Below, piece after piece: positions 44,229 through 53,421 of a stretch of 55,545 nt of DNA (position 1 is its first letter; every line of letters starts with the position of its first letter). Location: contig LBTJ01000001.1 of the NCBI GenBank assembly GCA_000990445.1, forward strand, positions 1-55,545, written 5' to 3'. Below the pieces are notes generated by a model. That model had not been told where the DNA came from. It saw nothing but the letters and a program-made list of their open reading frames with translations, and ran no database searches. Position numbers and translations under genes: made by a program. Origin of the DNA: Candidatus Roizmanbacteria bacterium GW2011_GWA2_37_7 (GTDB lineage Bacteria; Patescibacteriota; Microgenomatia; UBA1406; GWC2-37-13).

Positions 44229-44783
44229 ATGATTGAATCGTTTATAGCTTTAACATCAGGGATACTATTGTTGGGTATTTTTTGGTTAACATCTGATCCG
44301 CGTTCAAAGTCTGAAAGATTCCAATATTTTTTTAAATCAGAAAAAATATATCTTTTTACTACCTACCTATTTGTTCTTGCAACTCAGTTTGGCTTTCTGC
44401 AAAAGGGTTGGTTTATGATTATTCCCACACAAAATATTCAGTTTGCAGGATTTATTTTATATTTTTTTGGGTTTCTATTTGCTATCTGGGCAAAACTTAT
44501 CATGGGCTCAAATTGGGGTACTCCTGCACAACATACCATTTCAAGACAAAGCATACTGGTAACAAGCGGCCCCTTTTCATTTTCGCGTAACCCGATATAT
44601 TTAGGACTTCTTATTGGTATGACTGGATATTTTCTTACATTTGGTAGTTTACTCATTCTCCTTATCGCTGTTCGGTTCGCATACCTTCAATATATCGTAA
44701 TACCAAAAGAAGAAAAGCTACTTTTGACATACTTTGGAAAAAAGTATAAAAAATATATGAGCACGGTTCGACGGTGGATATAA
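44229..44783 (+). CDS. Isoprenylcysteine carboxyl methyltransferase (ICMT)/phospholipid methyltransferase-family membrane protein
   Basis: GPFSFSRNPIYLGLLIGMTGYFL is the family motif, and there are 4-5 transmembrane helices. The ATG at 44229 is preferred over the TTG at 44202. Confidence 0.65.
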   Translation: MIESFIALTSGILLLGIFWLTSDPRSKSERFQYFFKSEKIYLFTTYLFVLATQFGFLQKGWFMIIPTQNIQFAGFILYFFGFLFAIWAKLIMGSNWGTPAQHTISRQSILVTSGPFSFSRNPIYLGLLIGMTGYFLTFGSLLILLIAVRFAYLQYIVIPKEEKLLLTYFGKKYKKYMSTVRRWI

Positions 44784-44797
44784 TAACTCATAATATA

Positions 44798-44819
44798 TAT
44801 ATCCACAACGTGTGGATAA
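44798..44819. promoter_or_regulatory. Inverted pair of DnaA-box-like 9-mers
   Basis: ATATCCACA at 44798-44806, spacer acgt, then TGTGGATAA at 44811-44819 (reverse complement is a perfect TTATCCACA). The arms TATCCACA/TGTGGATA are perfect inverted repeats. The pair is embedded in an extremely AT-rich 133-bp gap. Confidence 0.5.
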
Positions 44820-44916
44820 CGAGATAAATCAATTATAATTATTGTCATAAAAACTATTATAAAAATAAATATATATATAAGATGGTTGATAAATTGATAA
44901 TAAAAAAATATACTAT

Positions 44917-46209
44917 ATGCAACGGCACATTGTAGACCTTCATATTCACTCACACTATTCCCGCGCAACAAGCAAACATTCAAATATTGAAGGTCTGTAT
45001 TATTGGTCAAAGATAAAGGGGATACATATTGTGGGAACCGGAGACTTTACTCATCCTTCTTGGTTTGCAGAAATGAGAGAGAAGCTTGAAGCTACAGAAA
45101 GTGGGCTGTATAAACTAAAAGATGAGATTGCACAAAAGATAGATAAAACATTGCCACAATCAGTACGTGAAAATCCAGTACGATTTGTTCTTACTGTTGA
45201 GATCAGTAATATTTACTCAAAAAAAGGCAAGGTTCGTAAACTTCATAATTGTATTGTGGTTCCTTCATTTGAGGTGGCATCATATATCAATGCACAGCTT
45301 GACAGAATCGGGAATATAAAAGCTGATGGCCGTCCAATTTTAGGGATGGACAGCAAACATTTGCTTGAAATCACCCTTCAATCACACAATGATAGTTTGT
45401 TTTTTCCAGCACATATTTGGACGCCATGGTTTGCGATGTTTGGATCAAAATCTGGTTTTGACTCGATTGCCGAGGCGTTTGAAGATATGGCGCCAGAGAT
45501 TCGCGCAGTTGAAACCGGACTTTCATCCGACCCATTTATGAACTGGCGCCTTGACGAGCTTCAAAACGTAACCATAGTTTCAAATTCTGATGCGCATTCT
45601 CCCCAAAAGCTTGGGCGCGAGGCAAATATTATCAGTTCACCCTTAAACTATAAAGATATTATTGGAGCAATAAAAACAAATGATGAACGGATGGTAGGTA
45701 CCATTGAATTTTTTCCCCAAGAAGGAAAATATCATTATGACGGACATAGATTGTGTGGGTTTAGCTGCGCTTCAGAAGAAACAAAGAAGCTCAACGGGAT
45801 ATGTCCAAAATGCCACAAACCACTCACGGTGGGAGTCGAGTATCGAGTAGGGGAAATTGCCGATCATCCTGAAAATTATAAACCCACAAAACACAAACAA
45901 GTCGAGTACGTAATCCCTCTCCCTGAAATGATTTCCGAGATGATGAAAGTGGGGGTACAATCAAAAAAAGTCCAAACAGAGTATGAAAAGGTTTACACAG
46001 CTCTTGGCGATGAGTTTAGTATTTTGCGGTCTCTGTCCCTTGGAAAAATCCGAACTGCGGGGTTTGTCGAACTTGCAGATGTTATTGAGCGCATGAGAAA
46101 AGGCGATATATATATAGAGCCAGGATATGACGGGGTGTTTGGGAAAATCAAACTTTTCAAGAGCGACATTGAGCGGAAAAAACTTGGAAACCAGATGAGT
46201 TTGTTGTGA
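44917..46209 (+). CDS. endoQ: Endonuclease Q-like PHP-domain nuclease with a zinc finger
   Basis: 430 aa. Contains DLHIHSHYSRATS, IVGTGDFTHPSW, AHIWTPWFA, GLSSDPFMNW, SNSDAHSPQKLGRE, GKYHYDGHRLC, CPKCHKPLTVGV and the C-terminal PGYDGVFGKI. These follow the order of conserved blocks I recall for archaeal/Bacillus EndoQ. Confidence 0.75.
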   Translation: MQRHIVDLHIHSHYSRATSKHSNIEGLYYWSKIKGIHIVGTGDFTHPSWFAEMREKLEATESGLYKLKDEIAQKIDKTLPQSVRENPVRFVLTVEISNIYSKKGKVRKLHNCIVVPSFEVASYINAQLDRIGNIKADGRPILGMDSKHLLEITLQSHNDSLFFPAHIWTPWFAMFGSKSGFDSIAEAFEDMAPEIRAVETGLSSDPFMNWRLDELQNVTIVSNSDAHSPQKLGREANIISSPLNYKDIIGAIKTNDERMVGTIEFFPQEGKYHYDGHRLCGFSCASEETKKLNGICPKCHKPLTVGVEYRVGEIADHPENYKPTKHKQVEYVIPLPEMISEMMKVGVQSKKVQTEYEKVYTALGDEFSILRSLSLGKIRTAGFVELADVIERMRKGDIYIEPGYDGVFGKIKLFKSDIERKKLGNQMSLL

Positions 46210-46226
46210 TACTCTATAATATTGTA

Positions 46227-46255
46227 TTGACTCGCGGTAATACGTTGTATATACT
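46227..46255 (+). promoter_or_regulatory. Sigma-70-type promoter candidate for the DinJ/RelE-like operon
   Basis: TTGACT at 46227-46232, a 17-nt spacer, then TATACT at 46250-46255. It lies 8 nt before the ATG at 46264. Confidence 0.45.
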
Positions 46256-46263
46256 TATATTAT

Positions 46264-46557
46264 ATGAGCACATCAGTCATCACCGTCAAGGTTGATAGTA
46301 AAACAAAAAGCAAGTTTCAGGACATCGCCCAACAGCTTGGGATGCCGATAAGCTCTCTCATTCGTGGCTTTATTCGCCACCTTATTCAAACGAGGAGGGT
46401 AGAATACTCGCTCAATGAGAAGCCCACGCAATATCTCATAGATGCCCTTCGAAAGTCTGAGGAGGATATCAAAAAAGGAAACATGATTTCCTTTAATAAT
46501 CCAAAGGAAGAGCTTTCATATTTACAAACTCTTATTAAAGAAAATGAGAGAAAGTAA
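46264..46557 (+). CDS. RelB/DinJ-family RHH antitoxin
   Basis: 97 aa. The N-terminal VITVKVDSKTKSKFQDIAQQLGMPISSLIRGFIRHL is a DinJ-like RHH. It overlaps the toxin gene by 14 nt. Confidence 0.7.
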   Translation: MSTSVITVKVDSKTKSKFQDIAQQLGMPISSLIRGFIRHLIQTRRVEYSLNEKPTQYLIDALRKSEEDIKKGNMISFNNPKEELSYLQTLIKENERK

Positions 46558-46813
46558 GAGCGTCGAATATTCAAATCAATTTACGAAACAATTAAAAAAG
46601 GCTTCAATCAAAATCAAAAAGGCATTCTTACGACGCCGTCAATTATTTATTCAAAATCCACAGCACCCTCTGCTCAAAAACCATTCGCTTGTAGGAGAAC
46701 TAGCGGGATTATCAAGTTTTAATGTAACTGGAGATTGGAGAGCTGTATTTAAAGAAGAAATAAACAAAATTACTTTTGTAGCACTTGGCACGCACAGTCA
46801 ACTATATAGATAA
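46544..46813 (+). CDS. RelE/YafQ-type mRNA interferase toxin
   Basis: 89 aa. FTKQLKKASIKIKK...LLKNHSLVGELAGLSSFNVTGDWRAVF...ITFVALGTHSQLY fits the RelE/ParE superfamily layout. Confidence 0.7.
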   Translation: MRESKSVEYSNQFTKQLKKASIKIKKAFLRRRQLFIQNPQHPLLKNHSLVGELAGLSSFNVTGDWRAVFKEEINKITFVALGTHSQLYR

Positions 46814-46851
46814 ATTTTCTTCAGAATTTGAGGATAAAGTAGAATAGGCAC

Positions 46852-48314
46852 ATGGATATTTACTTTCCATTAAACACAAAGCAGCGGGAAGCAGTCAAAG
46901 CCGATGGTTCAATCATCATCAATGCCGGACCCGGCACTGGGAAAACCAAAATAGGCTAAAAAGAGATAATATACGACCGCTTCCATATATCGCAACATTT
47001 CATGCACTTGCATATGGAATATTGCAGGATGTATATGTGAAGATTGACGTTGTTGAAAAGCAAGAAAACAAAAAGGCAAATGTGCATAATCAGTTTACAT
47101 ATGACGAACTTATTCAAAAAACAAGAGAGCTATTAAATGCAAAAGAACCCAAGATAAACAAATGGCGTTCACGCTTTTCACATATTCTTATTGATGAATT
47201 TCAAGACACAAATGTCATGCAGTTTGAAATAGTTAAAAATCTATTACACACAGAAAATCTCTACGTCATAGGCGACCCATACCAGTCAATTTATGGCTTT
47301 CGTGGGGCAGATCCATCAATTTTTCAAATAATATGTGTCGATTTTCAAAACGTTTCAGAAATTACTCTAACTCAAAATTACCGATCAGGGCAAAACATTA
47401 TTGATGTAAGTCACAATCTATTTCCCTCATCCAAACGTTTACTATCAATGATAGATTCTCAAGGCGCAGTCCAATATATTATCACTCAAAATGAAAAAAC
47501 CGAAAGCAGATGGATATTAAAGGATATTCAAAATCATATAGGAGGAGCGGATTTACTGCAGGCAAGCGACAATAGAAGCAACGATCAAAACTATCGTTTT
47601 TCTGATTTTGCCGTTATTTTTCGTACTCATCATATTGGGCGTATTTTGGAAGGATATTTTTGTAAAGAGAGTATTCCATACCAGATGATTGGTGGTGATT
47701 CATTGTTTGAGCGGCCGCATATTTATGCCATTACGAGTGCAATGAAAACATTATTGAAAGAGGGCGATACAAAAGCAAAAGTTTCAAATATTATACGCAT
47801 GATTGTTGAAAATAAAACTATTGAAACAATGATAAAACATTCAGAACAAAAACAGACCGACGTTCAGCACTTTGTAAGCATGATGTGTCAGTTTGATCGA
47901 TACGAAGATGGATTATTTCAAGCCATTCAGCACATTACCTATTTGGAAGAGCACGAATATTATGATTATCAGGCAGATAAAGTCACCCTGCTGACCATGC
48001 ATGCAGCAAAGGGTTTGGAGTTTGCGCATGTATATATCGCAGGGTTTGAAGAAGGGATGATCCCTCTCATAAGAGGAGATATTGATAGTGAGGAGGAAAA
48101 GCGATTGCTCTATGTTGCCATGACACGTGCAAAAAAAACATTGTCGCTCATCAGGCCAAAATATCGTTTTGGGAAAAATACACAGGAAACACGATTTTGT
48201 CGCATGCTTGCAAAAAATCCTGCATTTCAGAAAAAAATCGATAAAGAAATTGTAGCAGGCGAAAAGAGACGAAAAAAATGGTTCGATAAAAAAAGTCAGA
48301 TGAAGATGTTTTGA
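46852..48314 (+). pseudogene. UvrD/PcrA-like superfamily 1 helicase, disrupted by a stop after the Walker A motif, a frame change and loss of motif Ia
   Basis: The ATG at 46852 gives MDIYFPLNTKQREAVKADGSIIINAGPGTGKTKIG and then TAA at 46957-46959. Another frame continues ..ATFHALAYGIL..ILIDEFQDTN..VIGDPYQSIYGFRGA..QNYRS..TMHAAKGLEF..LLYVAMTRAKK. The usual TFTNKAA region is missing. Confidence 0.65.
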
Positions 48315-48659
48315 AAATGAGATACACACAAAGTACGCTATTTGATATAATATTCTCTCCGGAATTATTTTTGTCGCGTGAAATTTTTACAAGCGCTTGT
48401 TTGAGGTTTTTAGCATTTGGGAGTATTTGAAGAAGTTTTTGCGTCTCTAGAATCTGAAGGGCTATAGCAGCATAGAACTGACGCGCATATTTGTATGAAG
48501 ATACTGATTTGAGATATGGTTTGAGTACGCTATCTTCCATTAGATGTTATAAGAAATAAAAAGTTATATAGTAATCGACTTATTATATCCACACAGCAGG
48601 ATATAATAAGTTATTGAATAAAGATTATAGGATATAATGCGAAATTATGTTAGGTGCTT

Positions 48660-48944
48660 TTACAGTTCGCTCACCTGTATAGCATCAAGGAAATACCAAA
48701 TGAGATACAAGAGGCCAATGGCGATTGTAAGAAGAACTACTCCTATCACTACCCAGATCAAAAAGCGCTGTGTTGTGGTTTTGGTCATTTGAAGATGCTC
48801 ATCATACTCAATAGCAGCAAATATAGTTGCGTGATATAGGTCAGAAAAAAATCGCTTCAACCAATCAATAACTGTCCACATATATGTAGTATAACGAATC
48901 AATGTTGAAAGAAGCGCTGTAAGAATTGGAACAAAACTGCACAT
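48660..48944 (-). CDS. Small membrane protein (hypothetical)
   Basis: 94 aa with two hydrophobic helices (FVPILTALLSTL; FLIWVVIGVVLLTIAIGLLYLIWYF). Confidence 0.4.
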   Translation of the reverse strand: MCSFVPILTALLSTLIRYTTYMWTVIDWLKRFFSDLYHATIFAAIEYDEHLQMTKTTTQRFLIWVVIGVVLLTIAIGLLYLIWYFLDAIQVSEL

Positions 48945-48966
48945 GCAATTTATACCTATCGAAGTT

Positions 48967-50553
48967 TTATATGCAAAGAACTATTCCTTCGAAAGGACGA
49001 AGATTTACTCGATTTTGTTCTTTCCTATTTTTCACATCAAGTTTTGTAGAAAGTATGGTTTTCCAATCACCTGTGGGCAATTCAACTCCTTGAATTTCTT
49101 CTGAAAAATTCGCTAATATCAGAGTTTCTTCATCTACTCCTCGACGAATAAATCCTAATACATGTGGATTTTTGCATTCTAAAGGAATATATTTTCCTTC
49201 CGTGAGACTTTTTCTTGTTTTTCTAAGATTCAAGATAGATTTATAGAGACTAAGAAAAGATTCTTTATCAATTTCTTCTGATGCAACATTTCTTTCTGCA
49301 GATTCTTTCTCTATAGGAAGCCACGGTTCAACATTTGAAAAACCTCCATATTGTGTTGTATCCCATTGCATCGGGGTTCGCACAGGGTCGCGCCCAAAAT
49401 GAAAACCTTTCATATTTAGGGCCATAGGATCTTTCATTTTTTCTTTAGGAATATCCATATTCTTCATTCCCAACTCTTCTCCATAGTAAATAAATGGTAT
49501 GCCACGAAGTGTCAATTGAAGAAGAGCGGCTGTTCGTGCAGCATCCTCACCAAGTTTTGTTACGATCCTTGGCTTATCATGATTACCAAGTACATATGTT
49601 GGGAAAAAATCATCACCTATCATTTCATCAAACTCATCAATAAACCTTTTTTGTTCTTGTGCATTCCAAGGAAGAGAGAGAAATGAAAAGTTAAAGGGGG
49701 CGAAGCTTTGATGATCTACAATCCTGTAAAGATTTACTATCTCTTGGAGAAATGTATATATTTCGCAGACCATAAACCTATCATCAAATTCATTTATCAC
49801 GCTATGAAATTTTTTAAGCATATGCAAGGTCTCCGGAAGAGCTAGCGTATAGATATGCAGTAAGCTATCGTACTGCATGTTAAGCTCGGGAAGATATGCG
49901 GGATTATATGGCTCGTCACGGAAAAAAGGATCCTTATAAAGGTAATATGCGACATCAACACGAAATCCATCCACGCCTCTTTTCAACCAGTAACGCATAA
50001 CGTTTAATATTTCATCAACTACGTGTGGGTTTCTCCAATTAAGGTCAGGTTGACTTACATCAAATGTATGAAGATAATATTCCTCTGTTTTTTCATCAAA
50101 TTTCCAGGCTGATCCACCAAATTGAGACAGCCAATTATTTGGTGCCGATCCATTTTTTTTTGGTTTTTTCCATATATACCAATCTCTTTTATGGTTATTT
50201 TGAGAAGAACGCGACTCTTTAAACCATGGATGTTCAAAAGAAGTATGGTTGGGGACAAAATCCATAAGAACCTTCATGTCCTTATCATGTGCTTTTCTTA
50301 AAAGGTTATCAAAGTCAGATAATGTTCCAAATATTGGATCAATATCATAATAATTTGAGATATCATATCCAAAATCATGCATCGGAGAACAATAAATTGG
50401 AGAAAGCCACAATGCGCCTATTCCTAAATCCTTTAAATAATCCAGTTTTTCTGTTATCCCATTTAAGTCGCCTATGCCATCTCCACTACTGTCTTTAAAA
50501 CTTCGTGGATAAATTTGGTAGACAACTCGTGCGCCCCATGTGCTATTCATCAT
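48967..50553 (-). CDS. GH13 alpha-glucosidase / oligo-1,6-glucosidase-type alpha-amylase family enzyme
   Basis: 528 aa. Contains VVYQIYPRSFKDSSGDGIGDLNGITEKLDYLKDLGIGALWLSPIY, DFVPNHTS, GVDGFRVDVA and GNHDKPR, the GH13 conserved regions I-IV. Confidence 0.88.
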   Translation of the reverse strand: MMNSTWGARVVYQIYPRSFKDSSGDGIGDLNGITEKLDYLKDLGIGALWLSPIYCSPMHDFGYDISNYYDIDPIFGTLSDFDNLLRKAHDKDMKVLMDFVPNHTSFEHPWFKESRSSQNNHKRDWYIWKKPKKNGSAPNNWLSQFGGSAWKFDEKTEEYYLHTFDVSQPDLNWRNPHVVDEILNVMRYWLKRGVDGFRVDVAYYLYKDPFFRDEPYNPAYLPELNMQYDSLLHIYTLALPETLHMLKKFHSVINEFDDRFMVCEIYTFLQEIVNLYRIVDHQSFAPFNFSFLSLPWNAQEQKRFIDEFDEMIGDDFFPTYVLGNHDKPRIVTKLGEDAARTAALLQLTLRGIPFIYYGEELGMKNMDIPKEKMKDPMALNMKGFHFGRDPVRTPMQWDTTQYGGFSNVEPWLPIEKESAERNVASEEIDKESFLSLYKSILNLRKTRKSLTEGKYIPLECKNPHVLGFIRRGVDEETLILANFSEEIQGVELPTGDWKTILSTKLDVKNRKEQNRVNLRPFEGIVLCI

Positions 50554-51773
50554 AGGATTATTTTTTTATTGCTTATCACAATACTTTTAAGCAATGTATG
50601 AAAATCTGCAAATTGCTTCTCTGCAGTAAATTTTTCTTCTACGGTAATATGCCCATTTTTTATGAACGTATTACGAACTTTTTTATCAGTAAGAATTTTT
50701 TCAATTTTTTGAGCCAATATGATTGGATCATTGGGCTGAACAAGATATCCGCTATATCCATCGCTAATAATCTCAGGCATTCCTCCGGTTTTGGCTCCGA
50801 TTACCGGAAGACCACATGCCATTGCCTCAAGAAATATCTGACCCAGTGTTTCATTTTTTTCAGCGGGCAACACCAAAACGTCCGAACCTCTATATACATT
50901 TGGCATTTGATCTAATTCAAACATCTTTACAATAGTTTTATCTTCAATATTATTGATTTTAATATAGCCAAGAAGCATTTCAAATGTATTGTCAAACTCA
51001 TCTTTTAAATTATCCGAGGCCTTTGCAACAGCAATAAGCAGGCGCAGTTTCGGATACCGAGGAGAAATTCTTGAGAATGCTTCGATCAAATTTATCATTC
51101 CCTTTTCCCTCAGCATATTTTTAGATCCGGTAATGATTCTTCCTGCAGTGAGAACAATTTTTACATCTTTTTCAAGTCCAAGTTCGATTTTGAGAGCATC
51201 TCTAGATTTTGGTATAGGATTGAAATCAAGTGTATTCACTCCCAAATAATCGGTCGAAAGCTTGCTGATGTTTGTTCCTTTTTGAAAACAATCTCCGGCC
51301 ACACTTTTACTCACGCAACTGACACGATCCCACATGAGCTCATTCGTAAGCGCTATTCGAAGGGGAGTTTCGGCATACATATGAAGACGAAGCATGAGTG
51401 GTATCTTGTAAAGTGCGGCTATCATATTGAGCCGAAAACTGTACCCAGCAGGCGGTCCAAACAGAATATTTTCTGCGCAAATGACATCAATACCATGTTT
51501 TTTTATAATTTCTTCAATCAAATCTGAAAATCCTTGTTCTTTACTCGCCTTATTCACAGCAGAACGTTTTTTACGCGGAATAGAAAGATTGTTGTCATAG
51601 TAAATAGTCATATTCCCATCGACCGTTGTGTGACTTTTTTCTGTCGTTGGGAGAATAAGAAACGTTTTGATATCTTTCCGTTTTTTAAAATAATTTATGA
51701 GATTAATAACGTATCGCTCCACTCCGCCAATACTTTCAAATGGCGAGTTGGGACTTATAAATAGTGCTTTCAT
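50550..51773 (-). CDS. GT4-family glycosyltransferase
   Basis: About 407 aa. The C-terminal GT-B motif is VLVLPAEKNETLGQIFLEAMACGLPVIGAKTGGMPEII.DGYSGYLV. It overlaps the GH13 start by 4 nt. Confidence 0.8.
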   Translation of the reverse strand: MKALFISPNSPFESIGGVERYVINLINYFKKRKDIKTFLILPTTEKSHTTVDGNMTIYYDNNLSIPRKKRSAVNKASKEQGFSDLIEEIIKKHGIDVICAENILFGPPAGYSFRLNMIAALYKIPLMLRLHMYAETPLRIALTNELMWDRVSCVSKSVAGDCFQKGTNISKLSTDYLGVNTLDFNPIPKSRDALKIELGLEKDVKIVLTAGRIITGSKNMLREKGMINLIEAFSRISPRYPKLRLLIAVAKASDNLKDEFDNTFEMLLGYIKINNIEDKTIVKMFELDQMPNVYRGSDVLVLPAEKNETLGQIFLEAMACGLPVIGAKTGGMPEIISDGYSGYLVQPNDPIILAQKIEKILTDKKVRNTFIKNGHITVEEKFTAEKQFADFHTLLKSIVISNKKIIL

Positions 51774-52244
51774 ATGCATAATTAAAGTATATAAAATTTA
51801 TTTTTAACTTCATTCCTGCTTTTTCAATTTTTCAAGCTACATATTGAGGAAGATTGCGTACACTTTTCATTTGGATTTAGTATTACCCGCAAAGTCTGAA
51901 TCAATAATTTAGGGGAGAAAGATAATGGAGTATGAATAAAAATTTCCCAAACAGTATCTTTTTCTATTTCGAAACAAATCTAAATTTAAAGAGATGTAGT
52001 TCTTCATCTATACCAATCGTTGCTCATTTTGCAAATATTTCATCACAAAATGAGCTAAGAACTCGTCCATCAATAACCTGATAGATATTGATGGTTACGG
52101 CTCTTTGTGTCGCATACATATATGAATCGACTTGTTGATGGATGCGACCTTACGAGTGTATATACTCGTAGCATTCTCAAGTGCGAAGGGTATATCAAGA
52201 ACATCATATCACATTTGGAGGTATTAAACAATAAATATTGACTA

Positions 52245-52547
52245 TTACACCCATATGATAATGTCATAGTTAATTTTTCCGGTAAAAATTTGTTGTAAAA
52301 CACTTTCTATTTCTTCAGAGATGCCAAGATATGAAAAGTTTGACGATTCTTTTGTGTCCTCAATATTGACATTTTGGATTGATTTATTATTAACGCCTTT
52401 ACTAGTATATTTTAAGTAGGTAATAAACAGTGAACCCGTAACGATAGAGAAAATTAGAATGGATAAAACAATTAACCCAATTACTTTCTCTTTATTAGCA
52501 GGCGGGATATCTTTTTGAGGTAATTTTGAACTGCTTATATCTACCAT
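52245..52547 (-). CDS. Small single-pass membrane protein (hypothetical)
   Basis: 100 aa with one transmembrane helix, VIGLIVLSILIFSIVTGSLFITYL. Confidence 0.4.
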   Translation of the reverse strand: MVDISSSKLPQKDIPPANKEKVIGLIVLSILIFSIVTGSLFITYLKYTSKGVNNKSIQNVNIEDTKESSNFSYLGISEEIESVLQQIFTGKINYDIIIWV

Positions 52548-52686
52548 AAGTGAATTTATATATACTAAGCTGCGAGACCGTTTTTGAACGGTCGCGGTAC
52601 CACTTGGCTGGCGGTTTACGAAAAATGTCGAACTTCAATCTGTTAGCGCGCGATTTTATGCTCAGTTTCGCCGAGCATTGATTGTT

Positions 52687-53421
52687 CTAAAGCAAAAGTT
52701 TATCAGCCTTTGCCTCCATAAACTGAAATTTCTTCTCTCCTAAAAAATTGCCTGCATCATCTTCTAGTATAAATATGAAGTAGTGAAGATTACTTTCTGT
52801 TGCCGAGCTCACGTCCTTGACCAATCCATTGATCACCAATTCCTGTCCGAACCAGTCTTTAAAATGCGTTTTTGCTGGCTGGTTTGGAAAGGAAGGATAG
52901 GTTAAGACCCCACTCTTTGTTTTACCGGATCGAATGTCTAATAAGGTGATCCCCTGACAAGCTGTGCCGCAATGACTCAAAAAGAAGAGATGGTTATTGC
53001 CAAGCCAGTGGATACCGCTTCCCATATCAGATAAGAAAGTGTAATAGACTTGTCTGGTCATGCCGCTTTCTAGACTTAAGAGAATGAATGACAGTTCTTC
53101 TGAAGATTGATCATTTGGCAAATAAAAGAAAGCTGCTTGCTTTTGAGAAGGAGATAGAGCTAAGGACAATAGCGCTTTGTCATTGTAGTGTACTTGCTTC
53201 TTTGCCCCATCCTTTTTAGTTATAAAAACGGCATTATACTTTCCTTTCTGAATCTTTTCGTAATCATCTTTACTTAGACTAAGAACATCAATGCGGTTCG
53301 TTGGCGGGCTTACCACCACAGGCGAGAAGGAAGTGACTATTTGTTTCTGTGAAAAAAAATATCTACTTGTAACTAAAGCCAGTAATACGAAAGAGCAAAC
53401 AAATAAGTATTTTCGTGTCAT
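52687..53421 (-). CDS. Hypothetical secreted or anchored protein
   Basis: 244 aa with the signal or anchor YLFVCSFVLLALVTS. It overlaps the upstream lysin gene by 4 nt. No recognised domain. Confidence 0.55.
   Translation of the reverse strand: MTRKYLFVCSFVLLALVTSRYFFSQKQIVTSFSPVVVSPPTNRIDVLSLSKDDYEKIQKGKYNAVFITKKDGAKKQVHYNDKALLSLALSPSQKQAAFFYLPNDQSSEELSFILLSLESGMTRQVYYTFLSDMGSGIHWLGNNHLFFLSHCGTACQGITLLDIRSGKTKSGVLTYPSFPNQPAKTHFKDWFGQELVINGLVKDVSSATESNLHYFIFILEDDAGNFLGEKKFQFMEAKADKLLL

Noticed and set aside
48151-48540. 129-aa minus-strand ORF
   Set aside because: Its last ~55 codons overlap the 3' end of the helicase (pseudo)gene on the other strand, and no motif was recognised. There is too little support to call a gene.
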